A stretch of DNA of 53,806 bases from Hyphochytrium catenoides (taxonomy: Eukaryota; Protista; Hyphochytriomycota), in NCBI GenBank assembly GCA_900088475.1, contig FLMG01004608.1:1-53806 (forward strand), in the 5' to 3' direction. Under the pieces are notes generated by a model. It searched no databases. It was given only the letters and a program-made list of their open reading frames with translations, and was not told where the DNA came from. A program made the position numbers and the translations under genes. Numbering within the stretch: the stretch's first letter is position 1; the number at the start of each line of letters is the position of its first letter. Below are positions 23,401-35,665 of the stretch, one piece after another.

Positions 23401-25618
23401 CAGAGCAAATGAAGGAGTTTTTGAATGAAGAACTATGGAAGTACCACGGTTGATAAGCCCTCTGAATGCACCAAAGTCGGGTACAGTGGAATGTACCGCT
23501 GGTGTGGAAGCATATGCGGGTCGTCTGATTCCGTTGTTGATTCTTTTTATATAGGCCCACATTACTTCGCTCGGTTCCTGTCCAGCTGCTCCTCACTCCT
23601 CTCATCTTACAATATCTCACTCTTCAAGTTTGATGGCATTGCTGGCGGGATACTAGCCTCTGGCCCGCCAAGAGGCTATGAAGCTGACATTTTAGGGCTG
23701 CTTAGGCTCATTAGGCTGTAAGACTGTGTTACCGCTTTTATGGTGACGTTTTACCCCCCATCTCTCGCCTACATCTCCATATGCAAATGATCCGCTAGCC
23801 TCTGAGAGTCTTGTTCACGTTCGGTGTCACATCCAGCTGACGTTATCTGGCGCTAACTCTTCGTGCCTTATGCTCGCCGCCCCGCGGCCTGGTCTGCGTC
23901 TTATGCAGTCTGAGACTGCTGAAGCGTGACCTATTCATAAACCTGACAATTGGGACCTGGCCATCTCCATTCTTCTTGCTCTATGGAGACTCAATATGGA
24001 GGTTGGTTGATGTAGGGGAAATCCTTGTGAGCGAGCGAATACGCTTTTTCGTGAACCACGGATACTTTGTGTCGGGCAGTGGGCCGCAAGGCTCTTGTTA
24101 CATTACGGATCTGATCTGTCATCGCTCATGTCTGTTTCCTTCACTTTCCTATTGCCATAGGGGGGATCAAGATTATGGCTTCATCGGGCCCGGCTCCCCG
24201 AGGCAGCAATGGATTACCTACCGGGACGCAACCACTTATTCTCTTGTTGTTCGGCGGGCGCCACTGTTTCCATTGAACAGTATTATGCTACACGGTAAGA
24301 TTGGAAGTAGTCTAGTCGGGATTGAGAGGGAGACTATGCAAGATAGAGACTCAAAGACCCTGAGTAGATCATATTGGCCCCTAGCCAGGCATTGATGAAA
24401 GGCTCTCTACGACCTCTTCCGCCGGACATTCATAGGTATCTTGCTGGGGGATTTGGAGGTTGACGCACTTGAAGAGAAGTCTGAAGGTATTTTGCTTCCT
24501 CCGAGGCTTTACATGAGCGGCTGGTTGAGTTTCAACGGCAATCCAACTATTAGCCTAGCCATAAAGCGCCTTGGCACACCACTGTTCTCCCTGCAGTTTT
24601 CTCATCAAGCTTGATTTATCTGTCGTCTCTGGTGACCGGAGGCAAAGCTCGTTTTGTCTGCAGTGAAGCTCTTTCGGTTCTGCGTCCTCACTCTCCTTCT
24701 CTATTTCGATTCGTTTCTACGTATCACTTTGTACGCGTGTCAACCCACAGCGTAACCCTATAGTCACTGCTTTGTCGAACACCAGAAAGGCAGCGGGATT
24801 TCGCAGACGAAGTGTGGAGCTACTTTGCTACCGGAGTAAACCTTCAGGAGCTCTATATCTCACCTTTTTCCCTGGACACGAAGAGGTAAATAAGCAGTCG
24901 CTCTTAATCCCGTCCTAAGTGAACCTTGGATATGCTTCACATGGCAATCTAAACTCACCTCTCCCGTCTGCGCTTAGCTTGTCGTGCTTAGCCGACCTTC
25001 TCGGTGCTTATACATACTAGTTAAACCTCTTCTGCTGTTGCAGCTGGGATGTTATAGCTGCAGCTGCTCAGTGGGCAAAGAGTAGGGAAAGAGCAATGGT
25101 TGACACTCATTGGATTGGTGGAGATCCAGCGCAAGGAGAAGCATACGGCTGGGCGGCGCTGGATCTTAAGGATGGGACCGGTTAGCTCCCACAGACTCAC
25201 AGTCATGCAACTCCAATTTATGCTTTTACTCTCCTCAATACCTTCCTTGGCTTCCAATAAGACCTTATTCTCATCACTCTTTACCCGGCCCCCCGGTGCC
25301 TAAGCAATGCGTCAATTAAACAATCTCTGAGCGAAGCAACCTCAACCCTCATGCTTCTTTTTAGGTGTCCTGGCGCTTAGGAATCCATCTTCGGAAGTTT
25401 CTGCCTTTCAGCTGGATGGCAATAGCGCTTTTGATCTCGGCGAAGAAGATAATGGCTCGTACTCCTCCTCTGCCGCTCCTGTTCTTTTAAAGTTCTCTGA
25501 GGTGTACTCCTCTAATTCTGAAGACTGGCTGGCGTCAATGATGGCTTCTGACACAAGGACTGTGAAGCTTTCGCCCTTGGCGGTTCATGTCTGGACCGTG
25601 TCCTGCTTTCGGGTGTAG
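20492..25618 (+). CDS. Membrane-anchored glycoside hydrolase, clan GH-D-like (GH27/GH36 alpha-galactosidase-like TIM barrel), ~13 exons, one apparent frameshift at ~22303
   Basis: Exons ~20492-20758, 21253-21527, 21722-22318, 22660-22791, 22964-23147, 23283-23366, 23555-23717, 23909-24001, 24161-24294, 24436-24486, 24786-24885, 25044-25180, 25365-25618. Motifs: LHYNSWYDL, LLDDGWD, FPKGF, GIWLSPWGGY, FKFDG (KxD nucleophile-like), GTWPSPF, DSIWRGDQD, WITYRD, PLFPLNSIMLHG, LQELYISP, DTHWIGGDP, LRNP. N-terminal TM segment VLAPVLLFLAIWPFLLL. Confidence 0.85.
22445..22529. repeat. Short intronic tandem duplications (TAGCTGAYAAGGCTATC x2; GCTATCGTCTTCACTCTAAGCTGATCT x2)
   Basis: Directly visible. 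A further 16-bp duplication (ATCACCCTTCCCTCGC x2) lies at ~21680-21711. Confidence 0.8.
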
Positions 25619-25990
25619 GAACCCAGATGTATCCAACAGGGGAAAGTCTGGCAAAAAGAGTTTTCACGCTATCTCCTCGCACTGTCATGGCCACCGCCTG
25701 TCGTGATCTCGTTTAACGACTAGGCGAGCAGAGAAAGGCAGAAGGCAATCCTTGACACATTTTGGTGTTATGTTCAATTACATACTATAGCAATCTTATA
25801 AGATACATCTACAAGCTTGCCGGAGGCCAGCATGTGGCCCATGTGCTGCTCTTCCATTCGCCTGGAGATGGTAGTGCTGACGGTTAGGAACATTATGCAG
25901 CTGCCGCTGAGTTGCAGCCTGTAGTGCTCATTAGTGGGAAGGGATGCCAGTCCAACTGGCCAAGGAGAAGAGGCAGCATCAGCCCGTTTT

Positions 25991-28900
25991 CTATCTTCGC
26001 CTAGAGAGGTAATCTGCTATGTCAGGAAAGCCTTTAGAGAGTGCATAGTCCTTTGGTACAAGTGCGCCTCCTTCAGGCATCCGGAAGATGATGTCGACAT
26101 TCGCCTGCAAACACATAACCATAACAGAGAAGAAGCCAGTGAGATCAAGTCTTACAAGTGCCGAGAGAGAGGTGAGTTGTCATTGAAGGGCAGCAGATAG
26201 CCTAGAACTATGCATGGACCGATACGAGGATGTACTAGCGCAGAAAAGTAACAGCTACATTTAGAGTCTCACCTTGCCTTCCTCCACCAGAAGTGCCACC
26301 AGACTTCGATTTCCTGGAGTGACAAATGAAAGATGTGAGCTGCCCCATATTGAATTACGGACATAGGGGCTTCAAGAAAGCAAGAAGTAAATAACCCTAT
26401 CAGGACTGTGAGCGCTAAGTTGACAGAGCTCTCGGCGGACAGGCACCAGATAGCAGGAGGCAAGACGAGTGAAAGAGGGAGCTGAAGAAAGGGGTGATTG
26501 TCGATGAAGGAAGGAGGAAGGGGCCACCTTTCTACCTGATTGTACAGCCACATGAAGGGGCGTAAGCCCGCTCACATCCTCTTTATTGATGGGAGACCCC
26601 ACCATAAGCAACTCCCTCAAAATACTCAGAGCCTCCTCTGATGGCTGGTTGGCTGCTTTGACAGTTGCATAGTAGGCAGGAGAGAGACCTTTGCTGTCAA
26701 CGCCTTTCGCAAGCTCGGGAGCGGCAGCCAATAGAGACTCGACAATCAGTAGACTAGGGACCTAGGAATTGAGGAACCGTATCGCGTCAGGAAGCATTAT
26801 AGGGCCGCCTGAAAGATGGGATGGGTAGAAAGGGACACTCGAAAGGCACCAACATAAAATGGACCATGAAATGCTATAACATCGTTGTGATTCTAGCGTA
26901 GTGAGGATGACACAATCGGTTCTCAAGTCAGGACCGGCTGAACAGTTACCTTGGAGAGGACAGCAAGATGCAGGAGGTTCTCTCCTTGCGGTGTTCTGCC
27001 GTCTAAGCTGACCCCGCAGTCAACTAGTAGCTCCACGCAAGCAGCCTTTGCCTCCGCAATCCCGAGCATCAGGGGGGTCTGGGACAAAGAATTAGGTGCC
27101 TCCACTGGTTCCTGGAAGCTTGACATCCCTGAAGGCAGTCATCATTAGAGGAGGATCATGGCAGAGCGTTATGAGCCCTCTCTATCTAGTCCACGGAGGC
27201 AGGAAAATAATGTCATGCTCCCCCTACTGTGGAAATGATACCTTTCTACGGCGTGACTACCAACCCGCATTGTACCGTACAGTCGTTGTCTTATTGCTAG
27301 ACCAGGCTCTCCCTCGTGATAGCACCATAAGGTTAAAAAAGAACTCACCAAGCAAGAGCTCAAGTGCTGCTCTATGGTCTCCTGCGACAGCAACGTGGAA
27401 AATAGACGACGAATCTGGAGGGTAGAAGATTGAAACATCCGCTCCGAGCTCTATAGTATGACGCAGAGTCTCCAGATCATCACTCTCCACGGCGTACAAT
27501 AACACTGTAGGACCGTTAGTTTAGGACCGGACTAAGAATAAAGAAGAGTTTGAAGTGGCAGATAGCTGAATAAGGTGATAGCGGGCCTCCAAGTGGTGGC
27601 AGTACGATGAACAGCGATACCGCGGTGAGGATAGAGCTACAATATCGGGGAATCGGAACCTGTGCGCTTTTTATCTTACATGTCTCGCCCTTGTTGCTGA
27701 CAGCCCCAGCAACAGCAGTGGACTCTCCTAGAAGACATTGAAAACACTCAAACCTCTCCTCCCTTCTATCACTTCGCGTTAGTCGTCCCCTGTAGCAGGG
27801 AAATGCGGGAGGTTCTCCTTGCGTGTCACAGAGAGATAGTAAGGGAGGACACAGAGAGAGCAGGAGTCGCACAATCTGGCAGTAGCCTTCTGTTGCTGCG
27901 AAGAACAACGCAGATCGATGCTCTTCATCAACAGACAGCATGTCAACCCCTGATAAATAAGGTGAGATATAGTTAGAAAATAGCACATTGGCGGCACTTG
28001 ATGACAATGCGAATTGGAACCTTTGGCAAGAGGTAGAGGACAAAATTTGTTATTCAGTGAAAAATTGAAGCACAGTCTATGTCCGCGAGTAGTATCCACG
28101 GTGTAGAGCAGACTCATGTGGGTCATATAACGTAAGGCCATAAGTTTCTTTGCACTTACCAGCTTCTTGCAACAACCTGATAGTTTCACAGGCCTTCGCC
28201 TGCTGCGGGCACTGGGCTGCAAAGTGTAATACAGTTCCACCAGTCTTTGTCCTGACATCAAGCTAGAGTAGCGCGTCAGTTACGGTACTTACTAGAAGAG
28301 AGTGCCGTATGGAGACGCCGGTGAGTATAGGGTGGAAGGAGTAGAGACTGCGTTGCACTAGGCCCAAAGATAAATGCCGCAGCGTAGGATGAGATAGACG
28401 ATGGAAAGAAGAAGGAAGCCTAGTGAGCAGTTGCTTCCATCTAAGGGTCTCTCCCCAAAGGCAGGTGTCCTCATCGGAGGCTGAAGCCACTTGTACCGTT
28501 CTCGATCACAAGAACATAACGGCTCTCCTTTGCAAGAGTGACATACCTTTGCTCCTCGGTCAAGAAGTTCACGAATAGTATTGGCCTGTCCGTTGAGCGC
28601 AGCAACGTGGAGCAGAGAGCGACCACGATGGTCCTGAATATTCACGTCGCCAACGCCCGGGAAGTGTTGAAAAAGGAATCTGTCCAATGGTAAAGACGAT
28701 GTTGGCCGACAGGGGTATGAAGCCGAGAGAAAAGCCAAGGTAAGCAACATTCACATTTGACCCCAGAAGCTCCACACGACGAAGTTAAGGAGAGACTATG
28801 CGAGACACTGGGAAAATAGAGCACTAGAATGAGATCCAGCGTTCAACGCACCCTTTGGCAGCCGCTTCGTGGAGAGGAGTGCTACCATCGTAGTCAGGAC

Positions 28901-31900
28901 GTAGGGGTTCAGCTCCCATATCCAAAAGCGCCTGTTGCGTGGTAGTGGAGTCTTTACTTGCATCTAAACCCATGTACACCGTTCTTCGCTAACTTCAAGA
29001 AGCTTTACCTTGACAACATCGCTATGCCCCACGGCAAGGTGCAGAGCAGTCTGGCCCCTATTGTCAGCCACGGTTAGATCCCCGCCTCGCGATGTACAGA
29101 ATTTGAGAGCTGCTAGATGTCCTGCCTTGGCCGCCGCCAACATGAGCGTGAGTCCTGAAGTAACAGATCCATGTTACAAAGAGGATCATACGGAGAAAAC
29201 GATCACTCTCAGTTAGATTCCCAAGGCCCTTGACCATGGATAATCAATCGGACAAACTTCGATAGCGCCGTCGTACCAGAACCTTCTTCTCTGACGTTGA
29301 CACTAACTCCCTCATTTAAAAGATACTCTAGCATGTCTAGGTTGCCTGATGACGCGGCCATGAAAGCAGAACGCTCATCCTAAGGAGAGCGCGAGAAATG
29401 CCAGATTAGCAAGACCACAAGGGAACATGGTCGTTGAACACAGTAACAGCGAACAGAACCTTAGACTGTGGGCCTAACAACGGGGAATCGAGGTTTCAAT
29501 TGAAATATCAAACCGGGGTAAACCGGGGATGAAACACTCAGGCATCTCATAATACGTCTCTTACCTCTGGCGTAACTTCCCCAAGCGAGGCGCCCGACTT
29601 TGATTTGAGAAAGGTTGCAAGTCTGTGAGGCAGTGGGAATGGAAAAGAACCAGAGGATGGCAAGCACTTAATTAGCAGCTTCTTCCTTCATCATCTATAG
29701 AGGCTAGCTGGCTCTATTGACATCAGAGCCTACCGACCCAAACCCTAAAGAGCCTAGCAACGACAGCAGAAGAGGACCAGTGGACATGGAGAGTCATCTG
29801 TACTTTGAGCAGCTCAAGGAGTGAAGATTAGGCATCAGACCCACTTGATGTGGCCGCAGCTCAGTGCTGTCTGTCTAGGGGTTTTGCCGTGGCTGTCTTG
29901 GGCATGAAGGTCTCCTTTATGCTCAAGCAGCGCCTCTACCGCAGAGGTCAGGCCATGTTCTGCGGCGCTGATGGAGATGGGGTGGTGTAAGGGCCAGAAG
30001 GATAGGGGGCGGGGTCCAAGGGAGTGTTAGTGCGACAGCTTGCAGAGCCCTCAGGCCGGAAAGTCAGAGTGTCTAGATAGAGCACAGAAGCGATAACGAC
30101 GTCGACAAAACCACAACGGTGGGTATGTTTCCTGAAACCTCTTGATTTCCCTACCATCGCTTTCTTACATGTGGAGTGAGGTCTTCCGCTGAGAGTTTGC
30201 AGAGTTCACTGGTGCCTTGGCCCTTAAAAGAAGCTGTATTGTGTCTAAAGACCTCGATCGAACCGCTAGTAGGAGGCGGGAGCAAAGGTTTAAAGTATAT
30301 GGTAAGTTCAGGACATGGGATGCTAGGTATGCTCTACTAGAGCGAAAGATCTATGAGAAGGACTCCCTATAATTGCGTAACCGAGAACCCCCCATAGAAT
30401 AGCAGCAATAGCATTTCACAAAGCGTCATTTTGAAGCGTTGTAAAGAAGGTTGAAGGTGATGAGTGGTAGGACCGGACCTTCATGCAGAGGCGTGTTGCC
30501 TTCCTCATCAATAGCGTCCACCTAGAAGAAGTTAATTAGTCCTAAATCCAAGTTCAGGCTATTTCACAATAAACTCAGAAATAAACCATCCGACACGCGT
30601 AATTCCTCCTTCCTTCCTTTATTGTTCGACTCAGAGTGCTACCCCCCCTGACCCCCATGTCTTGATACAGACTTTTCTTGAACTGCGGCTTACCCGGATC
30701 CCTCTCTTGATCAGTGCATCGCAGATTTGGGTCATGCCATTGTAAGCTGCTTCGTGGAGGGCGGTTCGCCCTTGGGTTCTTAACTGAGAGGCCAGCGGTT
30801 AATCAGCACAGCTGTACTATCAATATGAATATGTGTACATTGATTAGGGGAAAGATAAAGCAAACCAGCAAACTAAAAGATGAGAAAAAAAGAAGGAAGC
30901 CTTGAACGTCGTCTAGGAAAGCCGTTGCATGGCTCAAGAGACATGGATGGGCTCCAAGTAATAATGCCGAGTTGTAGAAGGGACAGCTCAGAAAATGGAA
31001 CAAAGGATGTACACCAACCCAATGCCACCAAGATAAAAAAAGAACCTAGAGCCTATGTACAGAGGAGAACCACATGGCGAACAATGAGAGGAAGTCTTAG
31101 CCTATTGCTATTACCTCTGCTTTTTTCGCAATGAGATACTCAGCGATGCCTACATGACGGTGCATGATAGCCAAATGCACTGCTGTCTCTCCTTTATGGT
31201 TCTTGTGGTTTATATCTGCTCGAAAGGTTGTGAAGAGTAAAGATTAGAAGAACTATTTAGATCTTCACGTGGGAGGACGGCGTTGAAATACCAGAAATAG
31301 ATTCCAACCAAGAGAGAACCATCAACATGACGAGAAAAGCCCAAATGAGACGGGGCAAGGAATCAGGTCCAGGTTTAGCGGACGTTAGAGAAAGTGCTTG
31401 GGTTGAAACTTGGACAGACGAGGTACAGATACCAAGACCGGTGCCATCCAAAGTTAACGAACGTACCGAAGCTCCATTTTAAGCACTTTCTTACAATATC
31501 CATATGCCCAAACCGTGCAGCAACTAGCAAGATACTGTTCCCCTTCTTGTCAATTTCTCGCTTCGCCTGCTCCGCCTTACTTTCTCGCTGTGTTGCTGGC
31601 CTATTCTTCTCCTCGTTCTCATCCTCTTCAATTGCAAGCGTGTAGAGGTTATCGACCCCCTCGATATTGCCAAGGCGCGTCTGAGTGAAAATGTTCATCG
31701 ATTCCTCGGTTCGGAGTGTGTGGACCCTGTGGTAAGTAACCAGAAAGAGTAAAAGAGACGCTAATTCTTAAGTAAAGAAGGGAAACCAGCAAACCTCTGC
31801 GTCTAGATGCACTCATTTGCAAGGAGAACGAGAAAGAACTAGGAACATTATGAAAATGTAAATGACCAACAGATGAAGCTAGCTAAGCAAGGCTATAAGA

Positions 31901-34900
31901 GGCAAGACATCGGGATAACAAGGAGTTTCTGGAACTTGAGCAGAAGGGGGCGCACGGAGAGAAACAGGGAAGTCAACCAGCGGCATTTTTCCTCAGCTTT
32001 TACCTTCTGCGATGGGTGAATCCTCTAATAACTTTGGAAATTAGCATTGCAGAGCATAGCTTTCTTTCAGCATCCTATGGGACAGGTATTGGGAAGTGCA
32101 AATGTCAGCCAATGCACTAAACAGAGGAGACAATGATGGAGCAAATACGACAAGCATAGATGAGCTCGCTCCCGGACGACAGGAATGGACCAGGGGCATC
32201 CTGCGCTATTTATCTTACCGCCATCATTCTATGATCTGAAGCAATAAGCCTTCCTAACCAGCCCCTAAAGACTCGCTGAAATGAAAGTGCAGCTGCTTCC
32301 TGGAGGTCTTCGAGTTCTTGTTGTCTCATTACACACACCTGAGGGTAGAGGAGACAATCCATTAACACAATCATGCTTGCCAAGTGGAGGTAAAAAGAGA
32401 GCTAATCCACGGGCAAGAGGCCTCAGCAACAGGAGCCGTCTTACTCGTCTCCTGGCAGCAACTCCTCGGGCTATCCTTTGAATACTTATTGTAGCCTTTC
32501 CTCGCTCCTCTAGCCGTCGCCAAGCTCTTCTCGTCCTCACGGCCTTGTTGGCAAGGTGACGTCTAGACCATAGGAGAAAAGCCGTTAACAATCTAGCTCT
32601 ACGAGTGACACTCCACATGGCTGAATGAACCTCGTTGGAAGATGAAGGAGCGAAACTAGCACAAGTGATGATGGAGAGGGAGGCTGGGCAGGATACAAAA
32701 GCTAGACAGCCAGAGGGATAGCTAAAGTACAACTTCAACACCTGAAGGCTCTCTGTATCAGAGTTATAGAGAGAGCTTCTAGCCGGACAAGTATGACACA
32801 GACCCGCCGCCTTCCCAGAAAGCCTCGAAACACCTGGCAAAGGGACATTTTAGAGCCAGGATTGGAGACGGCTGTGAAGGAAGCTCGTATTGAGTTTGAA
32901 GGGGCGTGGGATGAGAGAGACGAAAAGAGAGGGGGAAAATAGCAGAGCTCTTACCCGCTGAATGTCGTTAGCAGCCTCTGTCTTCCTCCAGTCATCGCTC
33001 TCAAGTCTAAGCTGTAGAAATGAACATTTGAGCCGAATGAAGGCAGAAGACGCTGACATGCCAATGATATGAATTACAAACATGATAGTAGTAAAACAGG
33101 AGAGCGAATGTCGATAAGCATAGAAAGACAGGAACCCATGTTGGCGACGAGGAGCGAAGACAGGATTGGGAGAAAAAACTGACCTTCTTCCTTAGGCGTT
33201 GGGAGTGGAACCTTCGAATCTGACACTGAATCCTTACTGCCATCGCCGTCCGCATTTCGCCCTACGTTTGGCCAAGTCACGAAGTGAAGAAAGGCATTTG
33301 GCATGCCCAAAACGTAGTTTGAGCCCTAGCTTAAAGGTAGCCAAACAAAGAGCCGCCAGGAGGTGGGAGGTCAGCGGTTGGCAGACACCTACCCAGTGCA
33401 CTGCTCGGGCTTTCGATACGACTCTCCTGGCAAGGTGAATGCGAAATCGACATTGAATTTTGAGGGCTGCCTTTTGTTGGTTCCTCCTTCTCTCAGCTAC
33501 TATTTCTCTTTCGTCGGTGATAAGTCGAAATGGATGCAACGCGGAGCTCTGAGATGAGGTAAGTATGTAGGAGTACCCAGTGAGCTAGATCATTCCATTT
33601 ACTCTCAGAGGAACCAGCAGTTGAGGGCGAAGGCACAAACAATAGAAATTATGAGGTGGCCGTAATAGGGGAATCAAGAGCCAGCTAAATGTGATAGTGT
33701 TGCGCCAACCTCTCTCAAAGCCTTAAAGAACTTGTTTCTGGCTACCAAACGGAGCTTTAGCTGGCTGTGGTTGGCTCTGACGTTGTGTCCTCGCCATACT
33801 CTCTGTATGGCTGAAGCAGCTGTCGTCTCCAGCTTTAACAAACATCACGGGCAAAATAACGTTAAGTCAGAACACTGACTCCGAGATTGAAGATGGAGGG
33901 ACCGAGGTGAGCACCACCACAGGACTTCAAATCGTAGGCTGAACATTGGCTTGCATAACAAACGACCAGAAAACGTTTGATGTGGCGAAAGAGACCACGA
34001 AAGGTTCGCATGGGGATGAAGAGAGATGGCAAGGTCTGGAAGCGAGAGAGAAAAGATGGTAAATGACGGACTTTAGCTCTTTCTTGCCGCTTCTGGGTTA
34101 GCTTGCTCATAAACTCGTCCTTTTCCTTCCATAGTGCGACATTCCGTTTCTATGGGAAAAGTCTAGTGTAAGTTCGAGCGGCGGTCCAACAGGATAATAG
34201 CAGAGTGCTCACATGGTGGTCCTCCTCCTCTATCCCCGATTCCTTCCTTAATGGTGAGGTATACACCGGCTCCAAAAGGGGTAGACTAGAGTTTAAGACA
34301 CCACATGAGAGATTAGATAGCGCAGCAGATGACAACGGCTAGCAGCTTCCAGTAACACATCTGCATCTAGTTCGCCGGCTTCCGCGCGGGCTTCTCCTCT
34401 AAACCTCTCTTCCCATATCTCTTCCATCCCATACTCTCCTTCTCTCGGTTCTGCATTCTTGGGTCATTGCTCTACCTGCCTTCTCCTTCCCTCTACTGCC
34501 ACCAGCCATACTTGTCCGCCATTCTCTCTTTCCTCGCTGTCTCTTTCTGCTAGCTTCGTCTCACTACAGTCATCCGCTACTTTATAAGCTGGTTTAGCTC
34601 CGTACCCATCCTGCAGCCTCTTTTTCAGGGGACTTCTTTTCGGGCTGATGTCGGACTCGATGGGCTTCGTGGTAGTTACAATCGAAATGACGTCCGAAAA
34701 GGTGACTCGTTTGCTGTCGAAGTATATTGGCTGGCTGAGAACCATTCCCCTCTTGAAAGTCACGATACGTCTTTGGGACTCCTCCTCCTGACCCAAAAGG
34801 AGTATGGAGCACAGAGAAATGAAGAAAGGGTGAGGACATAAGGACGAGAAAGGAGAGGAGGGTTTGGTATACAAAAGGGTAGCCTAGGAACCAGCGACGG

Positions 34901-35110
34901 TGCACAAGGGAAGCGACAAGTCAAGGAAATAAAATCTAGAGGAAACAGCAAGGACTGGCGCTCGCCCAGGCACTCCAACATCACACCACCGACCTGCATT
35001 CGGAGCCAATCAAGCATGTCGGTTTCATCATCCCTTGGAGTATTGAAAAGCGGGCGTGCCCGCGACAATAAAGGGGCCTCCATGGTCGAGGTTAGATACC
35101 CTATCGTCAT
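25991..35110 (-). CDS. Large protein with N-terminal IQ calmodulin-binding motifs and a long C-terminal ankyrin-repeat array (>20 exons)
   Basis: IQ-like motifs: AASAIQRVWRGHNVR, AALKIQCRFRIHLAR, AVRIQCQIRRFHSQR, AANDIQR, ATISIQRIARGVAAR, LISKVIRGFTHR. Ankyrin repeats: GNSILLVAARFGH, GETAVHLA, GRTALHEAA, GNTPLHEA, GQTALHLA, GSTPLHEAA, GRSLLHVAALNG, GGTVLHFAA, QTPLMLG, GENLLHLA, GLTPLHVAV. Last exon ends IADYLSRRR-TAG at 25991. Start ATG 35110 or 35083; some N-terminal exons not resolved. Confidence 0.85.
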
Positions 35111-35665
35111 CTCCAACTGCAGCGCGACATGGTGGCCCACAAGGAAGAACCAGAAACCTTGAAGGACGGAGAGAGTGTCTCTCCGTTTCCTAATTATCCC
35201 CTTTCCCTTCCTACAGCTACTGAACCCTACTTCTCGCCCATTAGAGGCGGCCCCCACTGGCTGATCTCTGATCTCAGTCGACCGTAAGATTAATCTGGAC
35301 CGAACTCTTGCTGAATCGCGGCACAGGCATCCAGACCGTCTGAGAGATTATCCAAGTGCTGTTGCAATTCTGAAGATTATTGCGAATCAGCTCAAACGCC
35401 GCGAATCAGACACAATTTAGCGGACCCTGATACTGAAATAGTGATACAAATTAGCCCTAGAAACTCCGAATTCAGGTATTCTGTTTGAAGAGGCATGGGC
35501 GAAACTTTGAGCGAGAAACGTTGAAGCTTTCAAGGTCTCACTCCTGGAGGACGCTTGAAGGTCCCGTAACGGACTATGTTCCTGCCTTTTGGTTGGAGTT
35601 CTGAAGCTTGATGAAGCATCTGACAGAGATTATCGGCAAGACTAGGAGCCTCAGGCGAATGGTCT

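Noticed and set aside
27728-27820. Possible non-canonical GA-AG intron in the ankyrin gene
   Set aside because: The frame is open through the segment and reads as a divergent ankyrin repeat, so no intron is needed.
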